Assembly (NCBI RefSeq): GCF_053078305.1
Contig: NZ_CP166878.1
Length of the DNA: 32,715 bases
Source of the DNA: a plasmid
Reading direction: 5' to 3' (one strand)
Shown here: positions 8,925 to 18,562 of the stretch, piece by piece
Numbering within the stretch: the stretch's first letter is position 1
How the letters are laid out: each line of letters begins with the position of its first letter
Translations under genes and position numbers: made by a program
Notes under the pieces: model-generated
The model's database searches: none
What the model was told of the DNA's origin: nothing
Seen by the model: only the letters and a program-made list of their open reading frames with translations

Positions 8925-9388
8925 AAAAATATCTGATTCTTTTCTTCATGATGTTTTCAGCCTCGGCAATGGCTAAGATTGGCTATGTTGATGAGCATCA
9001 AAAGGAAGTTGACCTAAAAATTGACGCTCTGATTTCTAAATATGAAAAAGAATGTGAAGGTAAACGCAATAGTAATATGTGTAAATCCCAGGCATGGGAT
9101 AAGGCTCATTTTGAATATGAAGATGAATTTAGAGGCGAAGATAAATATAATCATAAGCATTATGATGGCCTGACAAAAGATCAGGCAGTCGCGAAGTTAC
9201 ATGAACTTATTAAATTGCATAATATTGTTTCTAAAGATGAACGCAATCCTGAAAGTTGGCCTGGAAAATTAGACACACTAACTATTAATGGTGAGATTAA
9301 CTATATAGTTAGAAAACACTGGCCAGCATGGATTAATCCATGTGATAAGATTTGTGCGGAACTGTTACTTAGACAAATAGGTAAATGA
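8921..9388 (+). CDS. Secreted protein between virB5- and virB6-like genes (possible entry-exclusion protein)
   Basis: Signal peptide MKKYLILFFMMFSASAMA; the equivalent position holds eex in pKM101-type clusters; function is inferred only from position. Confidence 0.4.
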   Translation: MKKYLILFFMMFSASAMAKIGYVDEHQKEVDLKIDALISKYEKECEGKRNSNMCKSQAWDKAHFEYEDEFRGEDKYNHKHYDGLTKDQAVAKLHELIKLHNIVSKDERNPESWPGKLDTLTINGEINYIVRKHWPAWINPCDKICAELLLRQIGK

Positions 9389-9429
9389 TGTAGCGTTTAA
9401 CAGGCTATATCTTTAATTTGGGGGCTATT

Positions 9430-10419
9430 ATGCTTCGAGGATTCTTTTTGTCTTTAATTAACAGACTCTTATTTGTAGTCCTGTTTTTATCTGTCTCATT
9501 TTATGCCAGTGCAGAAACAGCTATGCGCACAAACTTTCAGAATGGCGTAAGTGAGATGGTTAATAAAATACTAAATAGCCCGGATAGTGATTTACGTGTC
9601 TGGACTATTGCCGCATCAACTTTCCTGGCTGCGGTAACGGCATTCGTCTATTTCTGGCGGTTCGTGGAAAATGGTGGGGCGTTAGTTGATTTATTCACGC
9701 TTGCAATCATGTTTATGTTATCAATGTCATTGCTTGCTTCTTACTCAATGGTTGTTGATACTATCACAGGCGCTTTTTATGCGATATCAAATACACTACA
9801 GAAACTGGCGTTAGGTAATATTAAGCCGAGTTTTCTGCAAAATTTTGTAGAGGGCGTGTTAACAAAGGCTATTTCAGCACCATCGGTTGATATTTTTGAT
9901 GGCATGAATATGGTTGGCATGGCGCTCTTGTGGGAAATATGTTCTGCTATTTTGTCTGTTGCTATATATCTTGCTGATGTTTGGATTGATGTTGGGACAG
10001 CAATAGCAAAAATTACAGGTGTTATGTTTATTCCTTTTTTGGTTGCGCCAGCAACAAGAGGAATTTTTGATGGATGGTTTAAATTCTATATTGGATGGGG
10101 GCTTGCAGCGGTTGTACTTAAAATAACATCTATTGTGGTAATGATAATGATCAGGGCATCAATTAACTCTGCGGGTAGTTTCCAGGGCGCTGGCGATGTT
10201 ATCGCGTCAGATGGTACTGTTAATGGCGTTCTTAATATAACAGCTAATAATATCAGCTTGTTACGTGATATTTGTGCATATTCTGTAATCGCTGCAATTA
10301 TGGTGTTCAGTTGTTTTATATTTGCGTACATGATTGGTTCTGGTGTCGGCTCTGCAAGTCAGGGTTTGAATAATATGGCAGTAAAACTAGCCAAGAAAGC
10401 GGCTAAAGCATTATTGTAA
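9430..10419 (+). CDS. virB6: VirB6-like polytopic inner-membrane protein
   Basis: About 330 aa with multiple hydrophobic helices; ATG 9430 after GGGGG RBS (ORF track starts at TTG 9418). Confidence 0.65.
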   Translation: MLRGFFLSLINRLLFVVLFLSVSFYASAETAMRTNFQNGVSEMVNKILNSPDSDLRVWTIAASTFLAAVTAFVYFWRFVENGGALVDLFTLAIMFMLSMSLLASYSMVVDTITGAFYAISNTLQKLALGNIKPSFLQNFVEGVLTKAISAPSVDIFDGMNMVGMALLWEICSAILSVAIYLADVWIDVGTAIAKITGVMFIPFLVAPATRGIFDGWFKFYIGWGLAAVVLKITSIVVMIMIRASINSAGSFQGAGDVIASDGTVNGVLNITANNISLLRDICAYSVIAAIMVFSCFIFAYMIGSGVGSASQGLNNMAVKLAKKAAKALL

Positions 10420-10428
10420 GGTGAACGT

Positions 10429-11148
10429 ATGCTGCTTGAAAAAAAAGAAGTCGAAAAAGTAAATCGCACAGCCTTTAAGGATCGTGTTGGTGAACTAAAA
10501 AAAGACAGAAATTTGTTTTTCTGGATTGCCTTGCTTCTTGCCGGGACGACGATATATCAGTCATATTCTGTTCAGGAGGCAATAGAGAAAAGCCAGAATA
10601 CTACAGAAGTAGTATGGGTGAAATTATTGCCTGATGGTTCACATAAAATATCACAATTTACGCCAGACAATGAGCAGCCTATATATACACCAACAGTGAA
10701 CTCATTGCTGTCAAAGTATATGCAGAAGCGCTATGGACAGTTAAAAGAGACTATAGAACGGGATTATGCAGAAGCGGCAGTATTTATGTCTCCTGTACTT
10801 ACAGGGGAGTTTGCCGATCCCAAAGGGTTTAATGTCGCTCAGAAAGTTGTGGATATTCAGGCCGATATGGCAGCAAAAAGGATTGATATAGAAATAAAAG
10901 ATATTGACCATTATGACGCGATAGAAGGTCAGTTTGATGGTGATGTCAAACCTGTAATTCGAACGCTTGTTACTTATCAGGAGATAACAAGGGATTATCA
11001 GGGTAAAGAAATTTCATCGGTTCAACAAATGAGGCGTCTTCAATGGACGTTGTTACAACGTAACGAACTTAGTAAACAATCGCTGGACTGGCTTAACATC
11101 AATCCGCTGGGAATCCAGATTATTGATGATAAATCCGTACAACAGTAA
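10429..11148 (+). CDS. virB8: VirB8-like bitopic protein
   Basis: 239 aa, single N-terminal TM (LFFWIALLLAGTTIY), periplasmic domain; position after the virB6-like gene. Confidence 0.65.
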   Translation: MLLEKKEVEKVNRTAFKDRVGELKKDRNLFFWIALLLAGTTIYQSYSVQEAIEKSQNTTEVVWVKLLPDGSHKISQFTPDNEQPIYTPTVNSLLSKYMQKRYGQLKETIERDYAEAAVFMSPVLTGEFADPKGFNVAQKVVDIQADMAAKRIDIEIKDIDHYDAIEGQFDGDVKPVIRTLVTYQEITRDYQGKEISSVQQMRRLQWTLLQRNELSKQSLDWLNINPLGIQIIDDKSVQQ

Positions 11149-11160
11149 AGGAACTTAATC

Positions 11161-11994
11161 ATGTTAGCGAAAAGAACTCTCTTATTTTCTGGAGTCCTGG
11201 CTGTTGTCATGACTACGTTCAGTGCAACAGCACAGCAATGTAGAGTGGTTAACTGGCGGCCTGGAACAATAGTTAAAGTGCAGTCCGCTTTATATCTGGG
11301 AACTCGTATAGAACTGCCGGAAGGCTCAATGTTATTAACGAAAGAACCCTTTTCTTCTAATGCGCTATGGGCCAGCACGGGAGCCGCAAATCAGGTCATG
11401 ATTCAGCCTACCAGCGAAGAGCCGGAAGGGCTGAAAACGATGGTAACAGTATTTATGACTAACGGGCAGACGCTGGATATTGAGGCTGTTCGGGTATCTC
11501 AGAACCAGAATCAACAGTGTGTTCAGATCCGTGGTGCAGGTATGCGTTCCGCAGACAGAAGTGCATTAAACACGGCTTACAGTATGGGAGCATCCGGGGC
11601 TGATGTGGCTCGTTTACAGAATGAAGTGAATACATTGCGGAGTAACAGAGAAAGCGAAGTCAAAAACGCAGTTCTTGAAGCTCTTCGTCGATACCGATAT
11701 TTCATTTATACCCGTTATAACTGGACGACAGGTAAAGGTTTTAGCGGAAAGAATATGATCTCTGATGTTTATGATGACGGGCGTTTTACTTATATCCGTA
11801 TCGCAAAACCGAATCGTGGATTACTTGCGGTACATGCAGATGTCGGAGGAAAACCAGCGGTTATTCCTACCAAGTACGACGATGCATATGCCATTTATCA
11901 TATGTCAGGGATATATCCCAAATTTACCCTTACCCTGGATGGCGTAAAGCTGGAAGTCAGCCGTGCGGATAATGCGACTGATGGGGAGAGCTAA
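11161..11994 (+). CDS. virB9: VirB9-like outer-membrane channel subunit
   Basis: Signal peptide, 277 aa, C-terminal beta-rich region; order B8-B9-B10. Confidence 0.7.
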   Translation: MLAKRTLLFSGVLAVVMTTFSATAQQCRVVNWRPGTIVKVQSALYLGTRIELPEGSMLLTKEPFSSNALWASTGAANQVMIQPTSEEPEGLKTMVTVFMTNGQTLDIEAVRVSQNQNQQCVQIRGAGMRSADRSALNTAYSMGASGADVARLQNEVNTLRSNRESEVKNAVLEALRRYRYFIYTRYNWTTGKGFSGKNMISDVYDDGRFTYIRIAKPNRGLLAVHADVGGKPAVIPTKYDDAYAIYHMSGIYPKFTLTLDGVKLEVSRADNATDGES

Positions 11995-11996
11995 TT

Positions 11997-13403
11997 ATGG
12001 AAGAACGTCAGGAGAAAGTAGAAGAAAAACCAGCTACTTACCGTAAAAAAATACAGTATTACGCTTTTGGTACTTTTGGTGTGATCCTGGTAATTCTTTT
12101 TATCAATATGGTGATAAGTATTGCCTCAAGGAACGAGGAAGAACCAAAGGAAAATGCGAAACAGGAAACTGCCAGCACTGCGCCAAATACAACGGAAAAG
12201 TTTAATGCGTTACTGAAAAACAGTGGTGCACGTCCTTCTGCCTCCGTTAATCAGGCTAATACGGTTGGAAATAAGGATAGTGCCAGTAATGGAAATCCGA
12301 ATAGTGAAACAGATAAAAAACCTGTTCACCCTTACAGCCGGGAAAAAGAGGCGTCTCAGGAGAGGGGGGCGAGAGCAAGTGATGCGGGGTCACCTGATGA
12401 AATCAGGGCACGCTTTAAGGCTGATGAGATTAACCGAGCACTGCGTGCCAGGTCAGATAAAACAAATTTTGACAGCACTAAAAATACGGTTGCGGGTAGT
12501 GGTAATGCATATGCCCCGGCAGCATCGTTTACCGGAAACCGGACTAATGCGCAGCGTATCAGCGATATAAACGCAGAGCAGAATGGATTGCAGGAACGTA
12601 TCCAAATGATGGAATCAAAAGTTCGTGCTGATGAAGCCGCTTTGCCTGGACGACTGGAAGAAGCCCGGATACGTGGGGAACAGCAATTTGCAGAAGCCCG
12701 ACAGGGTGGAGCAGGAAGTAACGCGACATCGGTAACTAAGGGGAGTACCCAGAGCGTACCGTCCGGTGTTGTGGGATATACAGCCAGTAATCCTTATGGG
12801 GCAAGTGTTGATGGAATGATGAAGTTGCCAGTAGGTACGGTCCTGAATGCCATTACCACATTTACGGCTATTTCTGATTATTCCGGCGGCTCAATGAAGG
12901 CCATGCTTACGCATGATATCTATGATGCGACGCATAGCTACATTCTTGCGCCTAAAGGAAGTGAGTTCGTTATCAGGGTCGTTAAAGCCTCCCAGGTAAA
13001 CGAAATCCTTCAAAGCCGTATTGGATTCCAGGTTACATGGCTTGTATTGCCTGATGGTAACAGGGTCGATTTTAAAACCTCGTCGTCTCTTGACCGAATG
13101 GGGACTCCGGCGGTTGAAGGCGATGAGGTGGACAGGCATTTGCTCGCTCAGTTTCTTGGCGTAGCGGCCTATGCCCTTGTGGGGACGAAAACCAGCTACG
13201 AAGGCTCAGGTGATAGTAACGAGAGTTTTGCCGGGAATTTTGGCGAAGGCGCTCGTACTCAGGCAGGAAATATCGCTCAAAAATACCTCCAGGTTGTGCC
13301 TACAACAACGTTACATGCGGGAGCACCGATCAGGGTCTTTACCGAAGATGAGATATACATGAAGCCGTGGAGAAATATTTATGAAACGGATTATACGGGC
13401 TGA
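11997..13403 (+). CDS. virB10: VirB10-like protein
   Basis: 468 aa, N-terminal TM, Pro/Glu/Ala-rich linker, C-terminal beta-barrel-like domain. Confidence 0.75.
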   Translation: MEERQEKVEEKPATYRKKIQYYAFGTFGVILVILFINMVISIASRNEEEPKENAKQETASTAPNTTEKFNALLKNSGARPSASVNQANTVGNKDSASNGNPNSETDKKPVHPYSREKEASQERGARASDAGSPDEIRARFKADEINRALRARSDKTNFDSTKNTVAGSGNAYAPAASFTGNRTNAQRISDINAEQNGLQERIQMMESKVRADEAALPGRLEEARIRGEQQFAEARQGGAGSNATSVTKGSTQSVPSGVVGYTASNPYGASVDGMMKLPVGTVLNAITTFTAISDYSGGSMKAMLTHDIYDATHSYILAPKGSEFVIRVVKASQVNEILQSRIGFQVTWLVLPDGNRVDFKTSSSLDRMGTPAVEGDEVDRHLLAQFLGVAAYALVGTKTSYEGSGDSNESFAGNFGEGARTQAGNIAQKYLQVVPTTTLHAGAPIRVFTEDEIYMKPWRNIYETDYTG

Positions 13404-13875
13404 AATATTGTTTTTTGCTGCATTCTTTGCATTTTCCTGTCAGGCAGCAAGAAGTCCTTTCCAGGTAGACAGGATGCGAGAAAGTGCGCCTGTTCAGATA
13501 TCACAGCAGGATGTGCATGTGCAGGGAAACTTTCAGGAGTTACAACCACTGGACAGGAACCAGAAAGATCCTCGCTGGCAGTATATCGATCCGTTGAGTG
13601 TTTACATGCGTACAGTTTGGCCCGATAACATCAGGACTATCAGAGCAGCGGTGAACTATCTCCTTGAACCAACAGGATATCGCCTGGTAACGAGTCATCC
13701 GGCACCGCGTGAGGCTTCCCTTCTTGTTGATAAGCCATTACCGCCAATTGCCAGAATGCAACGCACAATGCCCGTAGTTGATGCTCTTCAGTTGCTGGTT
13801 GGGCTTGATAATTATGTTGTTATTGATCGTGCCCACAGGCTGGTTTCATTTCAGAAAAATGGGGGCGGTGTATGA
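13381..13875 (+). CDS. Hypothetical exported protein within T4SS cluster
   Basis: Signal peptide MKRIIRAEILFFAAFFAFSCQA; 164 aa; overlaps virB10 end by 23 nt; no family recognised. Confidence 0.45.
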   Translation: MKRIIRAEILFFAAFFAFSCQAARSPFQVDRMRESAPVQISQQDVHVQGNFQELQPLDRNQKDPRWQYIDPLSVYMRTVWPDNIRTIRAAVNYLLEPTGYRLVTSHPAPREASLLVDKPLPPIARMQRTMPVVDALQLLVGLDNYVVIDRAHRLVSFQKNGGGV

Positions 13876-14096
13876 AGGAATGGTGTATGCGGATTATTTT
13901 TGTTGCTTTCCTGGCTATTGCAACGGTGATTCTTTGCTTATTTATGACGGGGTGTGCACAACGTTATGAGAGTGGTCATGATCAGCTTTTCGAACTGTCA
14001 GAACGCCATATCATTTACCGGGATCTGACTGTTCCGGCATCGATGAGCAATTTGCCGGAGAAGCAGCAGATAAGCGTACCGGGGATTGAGCCGTGA
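13872..14096 (+). CDS. Small lipoprotein (VirB7-like candidate)
   Basis: Lipobox LFMTGC after hydrophobic leader; 74 aa; start could instead be ATG 13887. Confidence 0.45.
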   Translation: MKEWCMRIIFVAFLAIATVILCLFMTGCAQRYESGHDQLFELSERHIIYRDLTVPASMSNLPEKQQISVPGIEP

Positions 14097-14770
14097 ACGT
14101 CCGGTTAATTTTCATGCTGGCGTTTCTGATATCTGGCGGTATCAGCGCATCAACGGATGAAGAAATTCTACTGGCGTCGATAACCGCGCCAGGAGTTACC
14201 AGCTTTACCGATGAATCACCTTCTTCGGAATGGATTACAGCGATGCAGGGACGTTGGGGGAGTACAACTGATATGAAGGATATGCGTAGTTTGCGCGAGA
14301 TAAGAGAAGCGGTGATTGCTGAAATTAATGCCGTATCAGAGCCGGTGGTGGAGAAAACAGGGCCAGAAAACAAAGAATCGACCACAGGAATAAAAATATC
14401 TGAAAAAATACAGGCGATAATCAATAAATACGCAGAAAAATATCAAATTAGTGAAACTTTGTTGAAAGCGTTAATTAAAACGGAGTCTGGATTTAATCCA
14501 AACGCTGTCAGCAGAAAAGGTGCAAAGGGACTGATGCAGTTAATGCCTGTACATACCAAAAGGCATAATGCTGATCCCTTTGATGTTGAAACCAATGTGA
14601 AAATTGGTACAGGGCATCTTTCATATCTTCTCGATAAATACGGGGATTTACGGCTTGCTCTGGCTGCATATAACGCTGGGGAAGGTGCTGTTGATAAATA
14701 TGGCGGTATCCCCCCTTATAAGGAAACACAACAGTATGTAAATAAGATCATGGCAATGTTAGGAGGTTAA
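14093..14770 (+). CDS. virB1: Lytic transglycosylase (VirB1-like, SLT domain)
   Basis: SLT catalytic motif region ALIKTESGFNPNAVSRKGAKGLMQLMP and AYNAGEGAV; GTG start. Confidence 0.8.
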   Translation: MNVRLIFMLAFLISGGISASTDEEILLASITAPGVTSFTDESPSSEWITAMQGRWGSTTDMKDMRSLREIREAVIAEINAVSEPVVEKTGPENKESTTGIKISEKIQAIINKYAEKYQISETLLKALIKTESGFNPNAVSRKGAKGLMQLMPVHTKRHNADPFDVETNVKIGTGHLSYLLDKYGDLRLALAAYNAGEGAVDKYGGIPPYKETQQYVNKIMAMLGG

Positions 14771-14772
14771 AT

Positions 14773-15132
14773 ATGACAAAAATAAAGATACTGATATTTG
14801 CAGCTTTTGTCTCATTTGGAACCGTGCATAGCGCCAGCGCGGAAAATGGAAGTGATGCTCTGTCACTGACAGGAGAATTTCTTGAGCAACCTGTTAACAG
14901 TAGTGATCCATGTACTGTTTTTCTCTGTATGGCTGGAATGCTTAAGGGGGAATCGCCTGGTGAATGTAGTGGGGCAAAGAAAAAATTTTTCAGCATTATC
15001 AAAAGGAAGCATGGCAGTTTTCATCCAGGAAGAACATTTAATGCCCGGAAAGCGTTTCTTGGTGATTGTCCGTCAGCACCTGGAGATATTGTAGGCAAGA
15101 TACTTGATAAATACGGAAAATTACGCTGGTAA
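14773..15132 (+). CDS. Hypothetical Cys-rich exported protein
   Basis: Strong AGGAGG RBS, signal peptide ending HSASA; 119 aa; unknown function. Confidence 0.5.
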   Translation: MTKIKILIFAAFVSFGTVHSASAENGSDALSLTGEFLEQPVNSSDPCTVFLCMAGMLKGESPGECSGAKKKFFSIIKRKHGSFHPGRTFNARKAFLGDCPSAPGDIVGKILDKYGKLRW

Positions 15133-15147
15133 CAGAAGGGGTAAACA

Positions 15148-15591
15148 GTGGCAAGAAAAGGTGTAAATGAAGTCACCCTAGTTGGTTTTGTTGGTAATGC
15201 TCCGGTGATATCTCAGGCCAGTAGCGGGGATAAGATCGCGGTTATTTCCGTTGCAACAACTGAAACATGGACGGACAGAAAGACAGGTGCTGAAAAAGAG
15301 AAAACCGAGTGGCATCGAGTTGTTATTTTCGGAAAAACAGCTGAGATAACGGAACAATATGTAAAAAAAGGCACATTGCTGTACATTCGCGGGAAACTGC
15401 AAACCCGTAAGTGGCTGGACCGAGACAATATAGAGCGTTACAGCACGGAAATTATTGTTAATCCGGCAGGGGGAGAAATGCAGATGCTGGGGAGTCGCCA
15501 GGATAAAGTAACCGGAGGAAAAGCCGGAAACGACATTCCTGAAAATGGCGCTGGCAGTACGGACAAGCAGCAAAGCAATGAAACCGACTAA
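15148..15591 (+). CDS. ssb: Single-stranded DNA-binding protein (plasmid SSB)
   Basis: OB-fold region matches the SSB family (MARKGVNEVTLVGFVG..., TEWHRVVIFGK, LQTRKW); C-terminus ends QQSNETD with no DDDIPF-type tip. Confidence 0.9.
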   Translation: MARKGVNEVTLVGFVGNAPVISQASSGDKIAVISVATTETWTDRKTGAEKEKTEWHRVVIFGKTAEITEQYVKKGTLLYIRGKLQTRKWLDRDNIERYSTEIIVNPAGGEMQMLGSRQDKVTGGKAGNDIPENGAGSTDKQQSNETD

Positions 15592-15611
15592 CGCGCCTTC
15601 GGCTTGTTCAA

Positions 15612-15665
15612 CCCCGGAGTCACTCAGAAGCAAGTTCCGAGTGACCCCGGCGTTTTTGGTTTTTA
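15612..15665 (+). terminator. Rho-independent terminator after ssb
   Basis: 12-bp stem CCGGAGTCACTC / GAGTGACCCCGG followed by CGTTTTTGGTTTTT. Confidence 0.75.
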
Positions 15666-15818
15666 CTACGGGGATGATAATACCCATGAGGTTGATACTT
15701 GGCAGAGTCAGCTTGTGGGCATTATCAGGGGACTATAAAAGCCCATTTAAATTGTATTTAAATCATCCGGTAACGGCAAGAAAAATAATGTGTCATTCAG
15801 GCATAAGTGCAGGGCCAT

Positions 15819-16787
15819 ATGATTAGTCCGGCAATTGATTATTTTGCGGCAAACTTGCCATACCGACCTTATCACGCGAATGAATTGCTCTATGGGCTTC
15901 GTATCGATAAGGCAGCTAAAGCAGTGCTGGCGCGTTATATACAGCATAATCCACCTCATGCAATGTACTGGCTTGTTTTTGACGTTGACAGGCCAGTTGC
16001 GGCGATTGACTGGAATGATCTTAATGCGCCCACACCTAATTTTACGGTCAAAAATCCGGTTAATGGTCATGCACACCTGTTTTATGGGTTAAAAACGGCA
16101 GTTCGTGTTGCCAAAGACGGTAGCATTAAGGCGATCGAGTTTGCTGCTGCGGTAGAGCGAGGATTACGTGACAAACTTAAATCAGATATCGGCTATGCAG
16201 GGCTGATCTGTAAAAATCCTCTCCATACATGCTGGCAGGTTGTTGAATGGCGTGGAGAACTTTATGAGTTAGCTGAACTGGCTGATTATGTTGATTTGTA
16301 CGCGTCAACAGCGGCTAACGATGAACAGGCATTCGATATCGACTTTAGTTATGGGCTTGGGCGAAATTGTTGGCTCTTCAATCTGACCCGTATCTGGTCA
16401 TATACAGCAATCCGGCAGGGCTGGCCTGATTTCCCGCAATGGAAAGAAGCGGTGATTCAGCGTGTCGAAATGTATAACGTGCAGTTAAGCGTGCCTTTGT
16501 CTCACAAAGAATGTGTATGCATTGGCTCCAGCATCGCCAAATGGACGCATAGACGCTTCACTGAAGCTGGATTTGAGCAATATGTAGCTGATACCCATAC
16601 ATCAGAAATTCAGGCTCGTAGAGGGCGTAAGAATCGCTCAGAAGTGCAGGCTGCTAAGGGGCGTAAAGGTGGGAAAATATCTAAAAGAGGGATTGTTGAG
16701 GATTCTGCGCGGAGTTTGAAACCGTGGGTAGAGTTAGGGATCAGTCGGGCAACCTATTATCGACGTAGGGCAAATGAGACCAAATAA
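15819..16787 (+). CDS. ColE2-type plasmid replication initiator (primase-type Rep, Replicase family)
   Basis: N-terminal region YRPYHANELLYGLRIDKAAKAVLARYIQHNPPHAMYWLVFDVDR is characteristic of ColE2-like Rep proteins as I recall them; basic HTH-like C-terminus; origin-like sequence overlaps the stop. Confidence 0.65.
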   Translation: MISPAIDYFAANLPYRPYHANELLYGLRIDKAAKAVLARYIQHNPPHAMYWLVFDVDRPVAAIDWNDLNAPTPNFTVKNPVNGHAHLFYGLKTAVRVAKDGSIKAIEFAAAVERGLRDKLKSDIGYAGLICKNPLHTCWQVVEWRGELYELAELADYVDLYASTAANDEQAFDIDFSYGLGRNCWLFNLTRIWSYTAIRQGWPDFPQWKEAVIQRVEMYNVQLSVPLSHKECVCIGSSIAKWTHRRFTEAGFEQYVADTHTSEIQARRGRKNRSEVQAAKGRKGGKISKRGIVEDSARSLKPWVELGISRATYYRRRANETK

Positions 16788-16815
16788 ACAACCTATATCA
16801 GATAACAGCACCGGA
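16775..16815 (+). promoter_or_regulatory. ColE2-like replication origin candidate
   Basis: GAGACCAAATAAACAACCTATATCAGATAACAGCACC resembles the ColE2 minimal ori (remembered as ...AGACCAGATAAGCCTTATCAGATAACAGCGCC), positioned at the rep stop as in ColE2 plasmids. Confidence 0.55.
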
Positions 16816-17015
16816 TCTTGATCCTTGCAGACAGATCCTTTGCCTTTAGTGATCTTCCGATTTTCAGGTATTGAGTCTTTTATGAGAGAGATGATAGCGC
16901 CCGCCGCAGCCCCAGCGACCGAACCGCCAGGTGAGCGAGTAGGCGAGGAGGCGCAAGGGAGTCAGAGGTTGATGTTTGCACTTACGCTCGATGTTTGAGC
17001 ACGGCAAGAAGACAA

Positions 17016-17291
17016 ATGGAGAGTATGATGATGGTCTGTATACTTGTTGTGTCAAATAACGGTCGGGAAGAATTGATTGATTTTAATCCCGATCATGATT
17101 TAGCGCACATTATCAAATCATACCGGACACCAGAAAACAGGATGGTATGTATTATCCAGGATGGTAAGCGCATTCTTCGTTGGGATCGCAGTTATGCTTC
17201 CCGTGCAAAAAATCACTGGCGTAAGGTAGATCCAGACAGTTTTGAGATTTTAGGGTCTGTTGAATATCTCCGCTATGTTGGTCAGGGTTAG
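17016..17291 (+). CDS. Hypothetical protein (91 aa)
   Basis: ORF from ATG 17016 (track begins at TTG 16995); no family recognised; stop abuts the Tn21-like repeat. Confidence 0.35.
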   Translation: MESMMMVCILVVSNNGREELIDFNPDHDLAHIIKSYRTPENRMVCIIQDGKRILRWDRSYASRAKNHWRKVDPDSFEILGSVEYLRYVGQG

Positions 17292-17293
17292 TT

Positions 17294-17340
17294 GGGGCGT
17301 TGAAAACGGAAAATAACCCACGCTAAGACTGTTTTTTAAC
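17294..17340 (+). repeat. Tn21-subfamily-like inverted repeat, left arm
   Basis: GGGGCGTTGAAAACGGAAAATAACCCACGCTAAG matches the inner 25 bp of the Tn21 IR (remembered ...CAGAAAACGGAAAATAAAGCACGCTAAG); inverted partner at 18563-18609. Confidence 0.6.
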
Positions 17341-17649
17341 CAGGCTATGATAATGCTATCTGTGACGGATGATGGTCGTTGCTCTTTTGTTAATGCTAAC
17401 GGATGCGTACATTAGCATTAACTTTTTGTGTTATGTTGCACGTGAATTTTTGAGTTTTAATATTTATATAATGTTATGAATATTAAAGATAAATGATGAA
17501 CATGCTTTGTGATGGCTTTTGGCGCATAGATTGATCTTAAGATCTGCGCATGTTATTTTTATGCGGTTTTGACGAATTTATAAGGGTAGGACGTTCCCGT
17601 AACAGCGTCCAGGGGAGGGGGTAGCGAATTTATAGCCCCCGGAATGCAA

Positions 17650-17710
17650 CAACCCCCTGATATCTCTCTTAGAGCTTTTGCGGGGCCAAAGAAGATAATC
17701 AGGGGGTCCA
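17650..17710 (+). promoter_or_regulatory. Long stem-loop in repA leader (candidate antisense-RNA target)
   Basis: Arms CCCCCTGATATCTCTCTT / AAGAAGATAATCAGGGGG around an 18-nt loop containing GCCAA (one base off the conserved IncFII/IncB loop hexamer); location upstream of leader peptide and repA. Confidence 0.45.
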
Positions 17711-17743
17711 AAGCAGGCTTTTGCCTGTAAAGGATTATAGCAA

Positions 17744-17800
17744 ATGCATTTTTCAATACAAGACTACTGCCCGGCAATAAGTGCGGGCGGTGGTGGCTGA
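17744..17800 (+). CDS. Leader peptide overlapping repA start (translational coupling candidate)
   Basis: 18-codon ORF MHFSIQDYCPAISAGGGG whose stop lies 17 nt inside repA, the arrangement seen for tap/repY-type leader peptides. Confidence 0.45.
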   Translation: MHFSIQDYCPAISAGGGG

Positions 17801-18506
17801 AAAGAACAATTCCTTAATCCCCCGCATATCGCCGTCAGGGGTGGCCAAACAAAGTCCATGCTATAACGTTGTGTCGCGTAAGCGACGCCGTTTCCTCAAT
17901 CGCTGGATTAAATCGCTGGCGACGGTCGCTGGGCGTGTCAAAATCAAAAACGAACTCCGCCGCCGTATCCGGCATAACCGATATTGGGTTAATGAGGCTA
18001 ACAAGTTTGGCATAGAGGCACTTTGCGAACTGATGTTAGCTATCCTGGATGATCTCGATTTACGCTCCTGGGAAACCAGGCATAACCTCGAAACACTGGC
18101 AGAACGTGCCGGACTGGTGACACGCAGTGACGCGGGGCGTAAATCTATTTCCCGTGCCAGTAGGGGATGTGATCGCCTGGTCTGGTTGAATGCGATCATT
18201 ACAGATAAAGCGCCGTTTAACCCCTATGATGCACGGTGTGCCTGTAAACACATTGAAGTAACCGAAGACTTCTTTGCCATACTCGGCATTCCGTTAAAAC
18301 TGGTTTATCGGGAACGTGCCAGGCTGTTAAAGGCAGATCCTAATGAAATGATTTACTCCGGGGATGCCAGACTGATAGCTATCAGAGTCCAGAACTGGAC
18401 ACGGAAAGCGGCAGCCGGATTAGCCCGGATGAAAGCGAAACGCGACGCAGCTCGACAACGCAAAAAAGAATATTACGCTCACCCACCTACCCCTATTCCG
18501 GTCTGA
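17781..18506 (+). CDS. repA: IncFII-family replication initiator RepA
   Basis: Segment LETLAERAGLVTRSDAGRKSISRASRGCDRLVWLNAIIT aligns with the RepA1 core of R100-type proteins (SITTLAIECGLATESAAGKLSITRATRALTFLSELGLIT); GTG start right after an in-frame stop. Confidence 0.75.
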   Translation: MRAVVAEKNNSLIPRISPSGVAKQSPCYNVVSRKRRRFLNRWIKSLATVAGRVKIKNELRRRIRHNRYWVNEANKFGIEALCELMLAILDDLDLRSWETRHNLETLAERAGLVTRSDAGRKSISRASRGCDRLVWLNAIITDKAPFNPYDARCACKHIEVTEDFFAILGIPLKLVYRERARLLKADPNEMIYSGDARLIAIRVQNWTRKAAAGLARMKAKRDAARQRKKEYYAHPPTPIPV

Positions 18507-18562
18507 TACAGGCTAACTTACCGCCTTATGGGGCGGTGTATCGCCACGTCCATAATAAAAAG

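Noticed and set aside
16881-17000. Short GC-rich Ala/Pro-rich ORF (about 39 aa) between the ColE2-like origin and the 91-aa gene
   Set aside because: No RBS, atypical composition; likely non-coding origin-proximal sequence.
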